In this document: positions 1 through 10,361 of the stretch, piece by piece
Position numbering within the stretch: position 1 is the stretch's first letter
How the letters are laid out: every line of letters starts with the position of its first letter
Assembly (NCBI RefSeq): GCF_006345805.1
Contig: NC_042999.1
Span: 52,948,001 to 53,012,000 of the forward strand
Reading direction: 5' to 3'
Source: Octopus sinensis
Lineage: Eukaryota
DNA: 64,000 bases
The notes under the pieces: generated by a model
What the model was told of the DNA's origin: nothing
The model's input: the letters and a program-made list of their open reading frames with translations, nothing else
The model's database searches: none
Program-made: the position numbers and the translations under genes

Positions 1-86
1 CTTACCTAAGGTATCACGCAGTGGGACTGAACACGGAACCATGTGGTTGGTAAGCAATCTACTTACCACATAGCCCCTCCTGCGCC
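1..86 (-). mobile_element. tRNA-derived SINE family A, 5' head (window edge)
   Basis: Reverse complement of GGCGCAGGAG..GCT(A/G)TGTGGTAAGTAG..CCAACCACATGGTTCCG..TTCAGTCCCACTGCGTG head, repeated at 10990, 12316, 22472 and 44870. Confidence 0.85.
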
Positions 87-131
<45 letters not shown>

Positions 132-345
132 TTACGCTTGTATATAATACAATATGAAAAAATATTCAATATGTCGATATGAGTTGATATGTTTAATAAA
201 CATACGCAATATAGAGTTTCTTTTAGTTGTAATTCATAGACACTTGACTTTGATTGATGTAACATTGTTACATACAGTTTACGTTAGTTTACGGAACAAG
301 TGCATTATAAATATATATATATATATATGGAGAATGGTTATTAGA

Positions 346-600
346 TTACACATTGCAGAGAGTTAATTTGAATACCAGTGCTACTGTGACAACTTTTGAA
401 AACGCACCGATGCAGTATGAATGGTTATCTAATATCATGGTTATACAATTTAATAACTTTTTCTCATCATCAGAGAGGATAATGCGGTCAGAAGATGCTT
501 TAATATATATTTCTATTATAGTCAGGAGTGCGGACTGTGGCAATGATTTTACAGGGCTTCCCTGGTTAGAGACGAAACAGAGAGGCATTAAACGTCAAAC
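346..600 (-). pseudogene. Possible highly degraded LINE RT fragment
   Basis: Peptide SLPQSALLTIIEIY..ILSD..ILDNHSYCIGAFSKVVTV loosely recalls RT domains 2-3 (ISLLP..SK..E / LD..Y.IG.F.D.SKAFDTV); weak, by eye. Confidence 0.2.
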
Positions 601-956
601 CAGAAACTGATCCGATTGCTTGTAAGAGATTGCACTTTGCTAAAATCGCCGAAGACACCAATATAATGGTGGTACACATAACTCAAAACACGTCCAATCA
701 ATGTTCATAATTTTCTACCAATCATTATCTCTGTTCTTCTTCAGGTTTGTGGGTCCTGGGTGAGAAGATTATAACGTTACTACTCTTGATTTAGAAGGCA
801 AGGTACTGATTTCGAGGATAAACGATAGGGAATAGAAACATAGAGATAGTATCCTAATATATCCCAACTTTAAATATCATGTTGAGATTCTAATAAATTG
901 CAATGCATGATTGTGTATGTGAATGTATGGGCAGACATAGATACATACATACATAC

Positions 957-958
<2 letters not shown>

Positions 959-1023
<65 letters not shown>
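959..1023. repeat. (TA)n microsatellite
   Basis: Direct read. Confidence 0.98.
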
Positions 1024-1027
<4 letters not shown>

Positions 1028-1243
1028 CGTATATTTGCCATTGAAATATGGCTAGCCACTAAGGGTGGATGCTACTGTAGCTTGTAGCCGCAGGAGGCCA
1101 CCGCCTCCAGCTGGCTATAGACACAGATAGGGCACAGAAAGTGTGTCTATAGCCAGCTGGAGGTGGTGGCCTCCTGGGGCTACAAACTACAGTAGCATCC
1201 ACCTTTAGGAGTTAGCCATATTTCAATGGCAAATATACGTCAC
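1024..1243. mobile_element. MITE-like fold-back element, ~100-bp inverted arms
   Basis: GTGACGTATATTTGCCATTGAAATATGGCTA...CTATAGACACA (1024-1125) is near-perfectly complementary to 1142-1243. Confidence 0.9.
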
Positions 1244-1306
1244 GATGTGTTTAGCTAGTGTTTATAACTCGGTCCGAGATTTATTATTGCTTATATATAT
1301 ATATTA

Positions 1307-1436
1307 TTTATTTCATAGAAGGAGCTTCTACAGGACTAGAACTGTTTCATTCAAATGAAATCATCAGGAAGCTTCCTGATGATTTCATTTGAATGAAACA
1401 GTTCTAGTCCTTTGGAAGCTCCTTCTATAAAATAAA
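1307..1436. repeat. 130-bp loopless palindrome centred on AAGCTT (1371/1372)
   Basis: Arms of 65 bp are complementary except for a few mismatches. Confidence 0.95.
1323..1373 (-). ncRNA. Type I hammerhead ribozyme-like motif
   Basis: Minus strand: AGCTTC CTGATGA tttcatttgaat GAAA CAG ttctagtc CTG TA / GAAGCT. Canonical core, stem I 6 bp, stem III 4 bp, GUA triplet; stem II weak. Confidence 0.6.
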
Positions 1437-1491
1437 TTAATTTACTCTGCTATCTATTGAGTACCTTAATTACAGTGGTTAACCCCGACTC

Positions 1492-1531
1492 AACCCGGGA
1501 TCTACACATATATATATATATATATATGTAT

Positions 1532-1593
<62 letters not shown>

Positions 1594-1650
1594 ATACATA
1601 CACACATTTAGATCTTCAGTCTCTCGCTTTCCCAGCTGAGCTATTTCGGT
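1492..1650 (-). pseudogene. tRNA-Phe(GAA) pseudogene or tRNA-Phe-derived head, interrupted by a microsatellite
   Basis: Minus 1650-1607 ACCGAAATAGCTCAGCTGGGAAAGCGAGAGACTGAAGATCTAAA matches the eukaryotic tRNA-Phe 5' half; GATCCCGGGTT at 1502-1492 matches the T-arm region. Confidence 0.7.
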
Positions 1651-1797
1651 GTGATAGGAAGGTTGCTTTCTAACCACATGGCTCTGGGTTCAGTCCCTCT
1701 GCGTGGCACCTAGGGAAAGTGATTTTACTTTAGCCTCGTACCAACCAAAGCCTTGTGAGTGAATTTGTTTGGGGAGAAACTGGAAGAAGCACGTCGT
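1650..1797 (+). mobile_element. SINE family A, head and body
   Basis: CCACATGG..GGGTTCAGTCCC.CTGCGTGGCACC..CCAAAGCCTTGTGAGTG..GGAAACTG.AAGAAGC.CGTCGTATA. Confidence 0.85.
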
Positions 1798-1801
1798 ATA
1801 G

Positions 1802-1883
<82 letters not shown>

Positions 1884-2390
1884 TCTAGCAGTATCGCCCG
1901 GCGTTGCTCGGGTTTGTAAGGGAAATAACTATATAAGCATTTTTAGAGAGTTACTTCCCTTATAAATTCGGGCTTTCTTAGCCATTTTTGTTTTGGTGTC
2001 TTCAAGCCATGAAGTCGTTGTTCTAAAAGAACGCTGGTTTCCTTCACAACGCATTACGACGTTGATTTCTTTACACTCCCTTCCCCACAGCTTCACGAGG
2101 GAGGGAAGGGGGTGAAGCAAACAGGTGCAGCTGTGAGCGTGGACGCCAACTCCGCCGCCATCGACATACGATGCATTTTATGCATTAAAATGGAATAAAA
2201 AATGATGTTAATTATTTTTAAAATCGTAGACTCATTGTTGACGCGCGCTAATAGTCAGACGGGCTCGATATGAATCACGACTATAAGATACCCGAATTTG
2301 GTTAAACTGCACCGCAAAATGTGGGAGGAGTTAGGAATCTAAATCGAAGGGGACAGACACTCACACAACTAGAGTTTTATATATATAGAT
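1884..2390 (+). mobile_element. Non-autonomous Helentron-associated element (HINE/DINE-1-like)
   Basis: Starts TCTAGCAGTATCGCCCGGCGTTGCTCGGG (CTAG plus short hairpin) and ends GACAGACACTCACAC..TTTTATATATATAGAT, typical HINE termini. Confidence 0.7.
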
Positions 2391-2529
2391 ATGTCTATTT
2401 ACCTTTACTGTATATTTTGTATAATGCCTTTACTGATATGTAATGGTGTAATAAAGTATTGATTGGGTATCATCTGATAGTTGATGTTTTATTGATTTAA
2501 GTATGTTTCTCCATTTTCTAATTTTGTAG

Positions 2530-2570
<41 letters not shown>

Positions 2571-2574
2571 CTTG

Positions 2575-2790
2575 ATGTCTGTGTTTTGTCCCCCCTCACA
2601 TCACACTTGACGACCGGTGATGCTGTGTTTACCTCCCCGTAACGTGGCGATTCTGAAAAAGCGACCGATAGAATAAGACTAGGCTTACAAAGAGCAAGAC
2701 CTGGGGTCGATGTCTTCGACCAAAAATCCTTGTAAAGTGTTGCTCCAGCATGGGCACAGTCAGATGACTGAAACAAGTAGAAGAATAAAA
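2575..2790 (+). mobile_element. SINE family A, 3' tail
   Basis: GTGTTTAC.TCCCCGTAAC..GACCGATAGAATAAG.ACTAGGCTTACAAAGA..GCTCCAGCATGG..GACTGAAACAAG. Confidence 0.85.
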
Positions 2791-3279
2791 GAACACACAC
2801 ACATATGAATACCTAAATATATATATATATATATATACTTCAACATGTGTGAGTGTATAGACGGTGACTTAACTGGAAAATGTATTCTGCTTACTGCGTA
2901 GAGGGCGCTGATTCTGATCAATATGATTCAAAATATAATTTGTCAACAAATGAGAACATGGTCTACCATAGCTGTAGATAAGACAGACACCATTATGTTT
3001 CGGCAATTATTTATATAATCCCGTTACATTGTTCATGATATTCTCGTCAAATAATATCGTAATGGACTTCATTTTCAATTAAATGTAATACTACTGTTGT
3101 ACATCGCATTATGCTCGTGTGGTATCCATGCAATTAGAAGTATATGAAATTTCACTATTTACCGCAGTGGTAAATATAGCCATTTTTGCTAATATTTATC
3201 TTTCGACTCCTCCTGTCTGAAGCCAAATATTAATTCGTGTATTATAATTACTTTGTAAATATACTGCTTCTCCCCAATC

Positions 3280-3690
3280 CCCAACTCAACACATCTATTA
3301 TAAAATTAAGTAAATCTTTAGCCGCTTACTCTTCCAATTTCATGTGAGTACTTAATCGTTTGGCTCTGATCTAAGTTCAATATTTTCTTCCAAAATAATC
3401 ACTCAGACACTAAAACATCTATTTTCAGTCTTTATTTATAGCAATGTTTTTTTACGTCCAACAAGCTTCAAAATTTGTCAATGAATTTTCCCCATGTTAC
3501 CCATCTTATTTGTCTTCATCTCACTCTATCGACTCTTTTTCCAAATTGATACTTCAGAACATAAATTATTTTGTTTCATTCTTTCTCATAAAGTATCTCC
3601 GTCTTCGCTTCTCACCCTACAACCCATTAATTTCTAAATTATTATTGCTACCAATTAGATACATTCTTCGTTCCCCATTATCATGATGTT
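3280..3690 (-). pseudogene. Degraded RTE-like LINE fragment
   Basis: Interrupted peptide resembling the post-RT region (RV..W..WGK...L.D.K....LKI); weak. Confidence 0.25.
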
Positions 3691-3924
3691 GATTGTGTTT
3701 TTAATTATCGTATTGATAAATTAATAGATCCGTTGATCACAATGCAATGGAACAACTATACTGCGGAAGATGTTGCCTCGTATATAACGATATGACGACG
3801 TTAATACCAATAATAATCCTTTCTACGGTTGAAAATTTGAAGGAGAGAACATGTGGATAACATCGACCCCAGTACGCAACTGGTACTTAATTTACAGAAA
3901 CCGAAAGGATAAAAGACAATTCAC

Positions 3925-4124
3925 CGCCTAGGACTTACAAATAAATATATAACATGCAGAAAATTGCATTACTGGGCACTGCACAGATTCTACGCAAAAT
4001 ACTTTCAATACAGTAACCATCAGAGCATCATAACAAAACACAGCACATACCCAAGGCATACAGAGCTGCGCTCGGTAGTGAAGTTAAAGCACGCTGTAAA
4101 AATTTTTTAAAAATAATAAAAATA

Positions 4125-4127
<3 letters not shown>
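3925..4127 (+). mobile_element. R4/Dong-type LINE 3' end
   Basis: Encodes YNMQKIALLGTAQILRKILSIQ*; the tail matches 39450-39550 (-) and runs into (TAA)n. Confidence 0.85.
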
Positions 4128-4201
<74 letters not shown>

Positions 4202-4219
4202 GAAATAATGATAATAATG

Positions 4220-4279
<60 letters not shown>

Positions 4280-4338
4280 TAATAATAATAGAAATAATGA
4301 TAATAATAATAATATATAATAATAATAATAATAATATA

Positions 4339-4403
<65 letters not shown>

Positions 4404-4410
4404 TAATAAT
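4128..4410. repeat. (TAA)n microsatellite
   Basis: Direct read. Confidence 0.98.
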
Positions 4411-5005
4411 AAATGCCCTGATGCAGTACCATGCTCTGATGCAGTACCATGCCCTGATGCAGTGACTCTCGTGGATTCTGATCATAACTGATTGGAAGTG
4501 TTATCATGTACATTGTTTTGACTTGGTATAAAAGATGGGCCACAGCAAATATTCTGCTCAATACCACAGATTTGCTTATCAGTTGTTTGACCTTAGCCAG
4601 TTGAGCAGGTCCCTTAGTGGCTGACGATATGTGCATCTCTGATCACAAGCAGAAGTAGTGGGGGGGAGCATCATAGTCGTGTATTGAGAGGGATTCTTTA
4701 GGGTTTGAATAATCCACCTCTGGAAACATGGGCGTTTCGTTCAACATCCTTAAACAATCCTTCTTCAAGGACCTTTTGATCGAGATGGCCTACTCGACCA
4801 GAAGATAATTCTAGCTGGGTCCCACCTGCAAGGTCATGTGCTGTTTATCTTGATATATTGATATGAGATCACCATGTCGCGCACATATGGTTGTGATGCA
4901 TGTGCCTAATGTACCCTAATCAGACGGGTAGTCATGATGGGTATACTGGGCTTCGTATATTTTACCCCAGTGTTACTTTGATGGCATGCACTGCTCTCTC
5001 ACTAA
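4411..5005 (+). mobile_element. ~600-bp non-coding interspersed repeat embedded between (TAA)n tracts
   Basis: Complex sequence bounded by TAA repeats; begins with ~3 copies of TGC(C/T)CTGATGCAGTACCA; recognised as an octopus-type repeat from recall only. Confidence 0.55.
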
Positions 5006-5029
5006 ATAATAATAGTAATAATAATGTTA

Positions 5030-5167
5030 TGTAGAACAATACTATCTCAAAACGAAATATATGACACACTAGACATAATACAAACAAGAACTTCCAACTT
5101 CTTGTCTCCTGAGGTCTCTGGGTAAGACTTGCAGTCAACTGGTACAAATACAAAGCCAAAGTCAAAC

Positions 5168-5170
<3 letters not shown>
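5030..5170 (+). mobile_element. R4/Dong-type 3' UTR tail (second subfamily)
   Basis: CAACTT.TTGTCTC.TGAGGTCTCTGGGT.AGACTTG..CAAAGTCAA.CATA(TAA)n is homologous to 39155-39300 (-). Confidence 0.8.
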
Positions 5171-5233
<63 letters not shown>

Positions 5234-5295
5234 GAGAAGAAGAAGAAGAAGAAGAAGAAGAAGAAGAAGAAGAAAAAGAAGAAGAAGAAGAAAAG
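5171..5295. repeat. (TAA)n-(GAA)n compound microsatellite
   Basis: Direct read. Confidence 0.97.
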
Positions 5296-5718
5296 TACAC
5301 GATAATTGAAAACAAAAAAATAGCATGGAACTATAGGCTACAGGTAGCAATCTTACTATTTGTGCGACATTGCAGCAGTTCCAACAAAATCCGAATTAAA
5401 TGGTTTCAACAAAACTGCTGGAAGGCAACGCTCCTCTTTCCTTCTCCTTGATGAATTTCATTAGAGATTGGCCATAGAAGAAATTGTTTGTTGCCAGTCC
5501 AGTCAATCTTGTCCACCATAGATCTTTCGCTATGGCTACCAAGCGTATAAATGCTGCCTGGTTAAAAGAAGGCGGCGGGAAGATCGCCTGTAATAGTAAA
5601 AGATTATACGTGTGTGTTTGTGTGTGTGTGTGTGTGTGTGTATGTGCGTGTGTGTGTTTGCATGTGTGTGTGTGTGTGTGTATATGTTTGTATATACAAA
5701 TAAAGAGGCGAGGTAGCA

Positions 5719-5880
5719 GCAGCTTTACCATTTCGGGCTCAACGTTGAGTGGCATTTCTTCCGTTGCCACGTTCTGAGTTCAAATGCCGCCGGGGTTGAC
5801 ATTGCTTTCCATCCTTTCGAAGTCGATAAAAAAACTACCAGTTGAACACTGGGGTCAATGTAACTGACTAACCCTCTTCC
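5719..5880 (+). mobile_element. SINE family B, diverged
   Basis: ACGTTCTGAGTTCAAATGCCGCCGGGGTTGAC.TTGCTTTCCATCCTTTCG..GTCGATAAA. Confidence 0.75.
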
Positions 5881-5894
5881 TCGAACTTTTGCCA

Positions 5895-5930
<36 letters not shown>

Positions 5931-5952
5931 ATGTGTGTGTGTGTGTATGTAA

Positions 5953-6108
5953 CGGGGTTCCACAGTGGTTCCGCGTATGAAATTCACTCTTATGACGTTG
6001 GTCGGTTTGGGGGGGTACAGCAACAAAACACTTGCTCTAGGAGCAGCGCAGTGGGATTGAGCCTGCGACAACGAGGTTGTATAGTGAGCTTCTTAACCAC
6101 GAAGCCAT
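5953..6108 (-). mobile_element. SINE family A, old diverged copy
   Basis: GCGCAGTGGGATTGAGCC..CTTCTTAACCAC..AGCCATG resembles the family A head on the minus strand. Confidence 0.55.
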
Positions 6109-6630
6109 GATACAGCCTAAATTTTAGCGTTCACATAAGATGTTCAAATTTATTAATAACGAATCCGGGACACAAACATTTCGATTCCCATGATTATTTT
6201 CCTATAATAAAGTGGCAACCAAATACTTCGAAGAAAAAAAAAAATATCACATGAATCTCACGATTTGTGTGAACGGGAATTCGGTTATCTATCAGAATTG
6301 TTCCCTTGAGTTATTTATTATTTTTATTTTTGTATTAAACAAATCAATTGAAGGCTAAATATTTGACTTTTCATTGGAAAATAATATTTTCCGCACGCAA
6401 ATTTTTTCATACTCTGAAACAACAAAGCTGCAAGAATATTGGAGTCTGAAGAGAAATACACCTTATGGCACGTTTATTTAACCAAAGGAATTACTTTTAC
6501 CTCAGTGTTTTTCTGTTGTAGATAAAATGCTGGAACCGATAGCAATGTCAGCAAGATATATATCACATCGAATGTTTGTTGTATACCAGAATAAATATAG
6601 TGTCATATGTTGCTGGTATTGATTTGTTGA

Positions 6631-6855
6631 CCAGCGGCGAGCTGGCAGAAACGTTATCACGCCGGGCGAAATGCTTAACAGTATTTCTTCTGCCGCTACG
6701 TTCTAAGTTCGAATTCCGCCGAGGTCGACTTCGCCTTTCATCCTTTCGGGGTCGAAAAATTAAGTACCAGTTACGCACTGGGATCGATATAATCGACTGA
6801 ATTCGTTTGTCCTCTCTGTGTTTAACCCCTCGTGGTTAGTAAAGAAATAGGTATT
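6631..6855 (+). mobile_element. SINE family B
   Basis: GGCGAGCTGGCAGAAACGTTA.CACGCCGGGCGAAATGC..GTTCGAATTCCGCCGAGGTCGAC..GTAAAGAAATAGG. Confidence 0.9.
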
Positions 6856-7027
6856 GATTTGTTGTGTATTGTATATTATCTATCAATGCTCAGGTCATAC
6901 TGGAGCATTGACTCGTAACTCGGATGTAGATATGACTGCAATAGTGAAAGTGATATCACTCGGATATGATAGAAGTCGCAACTGGTTTTTGCTCGTCCGT
7001 GATAAATATTGGTGTACAACACCAATG

Positions 7028-7310
7028 ATTATAAGCCCTAGGCGGTTCTCTCCCTTTAAAACGAAACTTCACCCTGACTTCTATTTTTCTCTTTCTTGCT
7101 GTCTGTTACTCCTGAAGCAACCGTTGGTGCCAGCATCAAGGGTGAATCAGTCGTAACTATATATACACCCAGAACGTCGCCAAAAGCTTAGGAGTGAAAT
7201 TTATGATTTCTCGGTTTTCTGTGAATCAATTTTGATGAAAAAAAATTTACCTGCTGGCCTGCACACTATAGCAACCCCAGTGTTATGTTTTCATTATTCT
7301 GTGTAACTCC
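7028..7310 (+). repeat. Dispersed repeat, copy 1 of 3
   Basis: ORFs 6854-7156(+) and 8712-8969(-) share MIIS.RRF.P.K.KLHP.FYFSLS.CLLLL.QPLVPAS; partial third copy at 8398-8530. Confidence 0.85.
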
Positions 7311-8092
7311 TTTCTTTTCTTTTCTTTTTTTTATTAAATATTATGGAACAAAAAATGATGGAAAAACATGTCAAGGTAAAAAAACCAAAAATACAAAAGG
7401 AAAATTTACCAACGGTCAACGTATTCTGTGATTGAGGGCGTCGCAAATATTCTTGAATAGGCTGAAACCGAGGCCATAAGGGATGGTTGTTTTGAAAAGA
7501 ATTATAATGAATTATAAGAATTATAAGAATTATACACAATTTTCAGCTTTCGCTTTGCAGCACATCATATGGTAAACAGGATGTTATTTCTATTTGTGTA
7601 CGTTTGCTGGTATATCTGTATATGTGTATATATATGCCTACCAATGCTCTCAAACCACTCATCTAATGACGTGTGATTACAAAACTACAACCGTGTCTTG
7701 TTTATATAATATTTATATATTGATACGCACAATATAGAAAAGTCAACCAATCACAGCGGTTGTTACTAAGAAATTGAAACAACTGTTATGATTTGTGATT
7801 AAACCTGATCGTTCCATATTCTTGCTTCATAAATTTATTTATTTTTCCGTGCATGTGTGTGCGTGTAGTGTGCTTGTCTAAATACATGTATGCACGTATA
7901 AGCATATACATATATACATATATATGCGTGTGTGTGTGTGAGTGTGTGTATAAGAGGCAGAGAGAGAGAGTGATAGATAACTAGATAGAGAGAGAGATAA
8001 AGAGATAGATAGAGAGTGAGATGGATAGATAAATAGATAAACAGATAGACAGATAGATCGATATAAATATGCATATATATACACCCAGTGAA

Positions 8093-8385
8093 GGCGCATG
8101 GCTCAGTGGTTAAAGCGTCGAGCTTACGATTGTGAGGTTGTGAGTTCGAATCCCGGACCAAGCTGCGCGCTGTGTTCTTGAGCAAGACACTTTATTTCGC
8201 GTTGCTCCAGTTCACTCAGCTGTAGAAATGAGTTGCGACGTCACAGGTGCCAAGCTGTATCAGCCTTTGCCTTTCCCTTGGATTACACTGGTGGCCTGGA
8301 GAGGAGAGGCCGGTATGCATGGACGACTGCCGGTCTTCCATAAACAACCTTGTCCTGGGATAGTAACTTTGTAGGTGCAATCATA
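8093..8385 (+). mobile_element. tRNA-derived SINE family D
   Basis: A box TGGCTCAGTGG, B box GTTCGAATCC, then GTGTTCTTGAGCAAGACACTTT..CACTCAGCTGTAGAAATGAG; also at 41405. Confidence 0.9.
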
Positions 8386-8397
8386 TACACCTACAAT

Positions 8398-8530
8398 CAC
8401 GCTAATAGCTTAGGAGTGTAATTTAAGATTTCTTGGTTTTCTCTAAATCGATTTTGATAAACCTTTTCCCAGCTCCACTATGTCAACACCACTGCTATGT
8501 TTTCATTATTTTGTGTAACGTCCTTTCTTT
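8398..8530 (+). repeat. Dispersed repeat, partial copy 2
   Basis: AGCTTAGGAGTG.AATTTA.GATTTCT.GGTTTTCT..ATGTTTTCATTATT.TGTGTAAC shared with 7185-7310. Confidence 0.75.
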
Positions 8531-8711
8531 TTTATTTCAGATTCTTCAGTTTTTTTAGGAACCACGCTAATAGCTCTTGAATGAAAATAGACCATCTAAA
8601 CTTTTTTTTTCAGAAAATGAAGGGTAAGGATACACATGAAGCATACATTGAGTATATATTTAACGGAAAACCATAATATTTAACAAAAGAGAAAACATAA
8701 AAGAAAGGAGG

Positions 8712-8969
8712 TTACACAGAATAATGGAAAGATAACAATGGTGTTGCCATAGTGTGCTGACGAGCTGGGAAAAGTTTTATAAAAATCGATTCACAGGAAA
8801 ACGAGAAATCATAAACGAGGTTCTGGGTGTATATATAATTATGACTGGTCACTGTTGATGCTGGCACCAACGGTTGTTCTAGGAGTAACAGACAGAAAGA
8901 AAGAGAAAAATAGAAGGCAGGGTGAAGTTTCCCTTTAGAGGGAGTGAACCGCCTAAGGCTTATAATCAT
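8712..8969 (-). repeat. Dispersed repeat, inverted copy 3
   Basis: Reverse complement of 7028-7310. Confidence 0.85.
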
Positions 8970-9099
8970 TTTTGTTTTTTTGCTTTAATATTATTATGCG
9001 AGGTCTTTTTTATGAATGAGGTAACATATGAAATAATAATTCCATATATTTAATTTTTTTTTTCATTTTCGGTGTTCTAGTAGTTGCATACAACGTTAA

Positions 9100-9157
9100 T
9101 TCGCTCTAATGGAGCTAGTCGATGCAACATACCTTGGGATCGTGAAACTAGTCGGTC
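9100..9157 (+). ncRNA. Degenerate minimal hammerhead-like motif
   Basis: CTAATGG..long stem II..GAAA CTAG TC; palindromic ACTAGT stem III and GUC triplet, core mutated. Confidence 0.4.
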
Positions 9158-9526
9158 TAACTTCATTTAAAACATCTAGGAATTTTATACGATCGATATC
9201 CTATCCTTCGTTATTTTCTTTTCTTATTCTTTTAGCAGTGGAGAAAAAAAGTGAAGTGATAGCGGCAGAGCAACGAAAATCTCAGAATCATTTTAAATTA
9301 AAATTAACATTGTACACAAGTACAATCGACATTTTCCATTTTCTTTACTTTTATCAGTGGAGCGGAAACAAAGTGGGAGTGATAGAAAGAGGGAAAGTGT
9401 CTTAGGTGTTTCGGATCCCATGCGGCGAGTCTTTGAAAGATCTTGTTTAATTTCTCCCATTCATTATTTATTTTTCCCTCCAGTACTTCTTCGCCTTGTT
9501 TGACAATTTTTCATACGTAAATTCAT

Positions 9527-9548
9527 AATACATACATACATACATACA

Positions 9549-9580
<32 letters not shown>

Positions 9581-9690
9581 CATACATACATATATACATA
9601 CATATGCATATATGAATGTATTTATATATATATATATATATAAATATGTATGCATGCATATATGTGTGTATATATATGTATGTAGTTCGT
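9527..9690. repeat. (TACA)n/(TA)n microsatellite
   Basis: Direct read. Confidence 0.95.
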
Positions 9691-9876
9691 CATATGTAAT
9701 ATGATTCAGCAAAATGGTGGCTATAAGCAATATAAAACCAAAAAGGAAGAATTCAATTATCAATAATTTTATCATTTTCACATTAGCATTTTGCTGAAAC
9801 AGCAATTCATTCGTATGATATATATATACTCTATACTGACAGTAGGAACTTGGCCAAACCATTCAACGACGGATTT

Positions 9877-9929
9877 TTCACCACTGATTAACCTTAATCT
9901 CAAGAGAAACTAGAATTCTAGTACGGCGA
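9877..9929 (+). ncRNA. Degenerate hammerhead-like motif
   Basis: CTGATTA..GAAA CTAG AATT CTAG TA; 5-bp stem III, GUA triplet, G8 changed to U. Confidence 0.45.
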
Positions 9930-10361
9930 TCTCGCTCGCTATGGGTCGGTTGTCTCCCCTGTCAGTACATAGACGTGTGTTTCTTTATAGCGAAAAGCGT
10001 TTCTACCTCTTATTTCTAGAAAAGTTGGTGCTATCCTGCACCGTCAGTCAGAGTTAGTGGTAATTGAATTCTTCCTTTTTGTTTTTATATTGTTTATAGC
10101 TGCCTTCGTTATTTTATAATCTCCACATTACCATTTTGCTGAATCAGCAGTTAATTTAGATTATCTGCGTTATGAGCATGAGCGTTAACTATTTAACCCA
10201 ACATCAATTATAATTAAAAGAACAACAAAAACATTTTAACGAACGATATAATCAAGTAAGTGAAATTCACTTCATTATATCGAAATTCACTTCATTATAT
10301 CTCAAACACACACACGGTTTTTATAATTATTTATATAATATTGCTATGTTATATGTTATAT

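Noticed and set aside
730-810. Exon-like segment (TTCTTCTTCAG acceptor, AAG/GTACTG donor)
   Set aside because: It has stops in all three frames; splice-like sites alone are not sufficient evidence.
8093-8165. tRNA-like sequences with A and B boxes (also 41405, 18220 minus, 41270 minus)
   Set aside because: They have no acceptor stem closure and continue into repeated SINE bodies, so they are SINE heads rather than tRNA genes.
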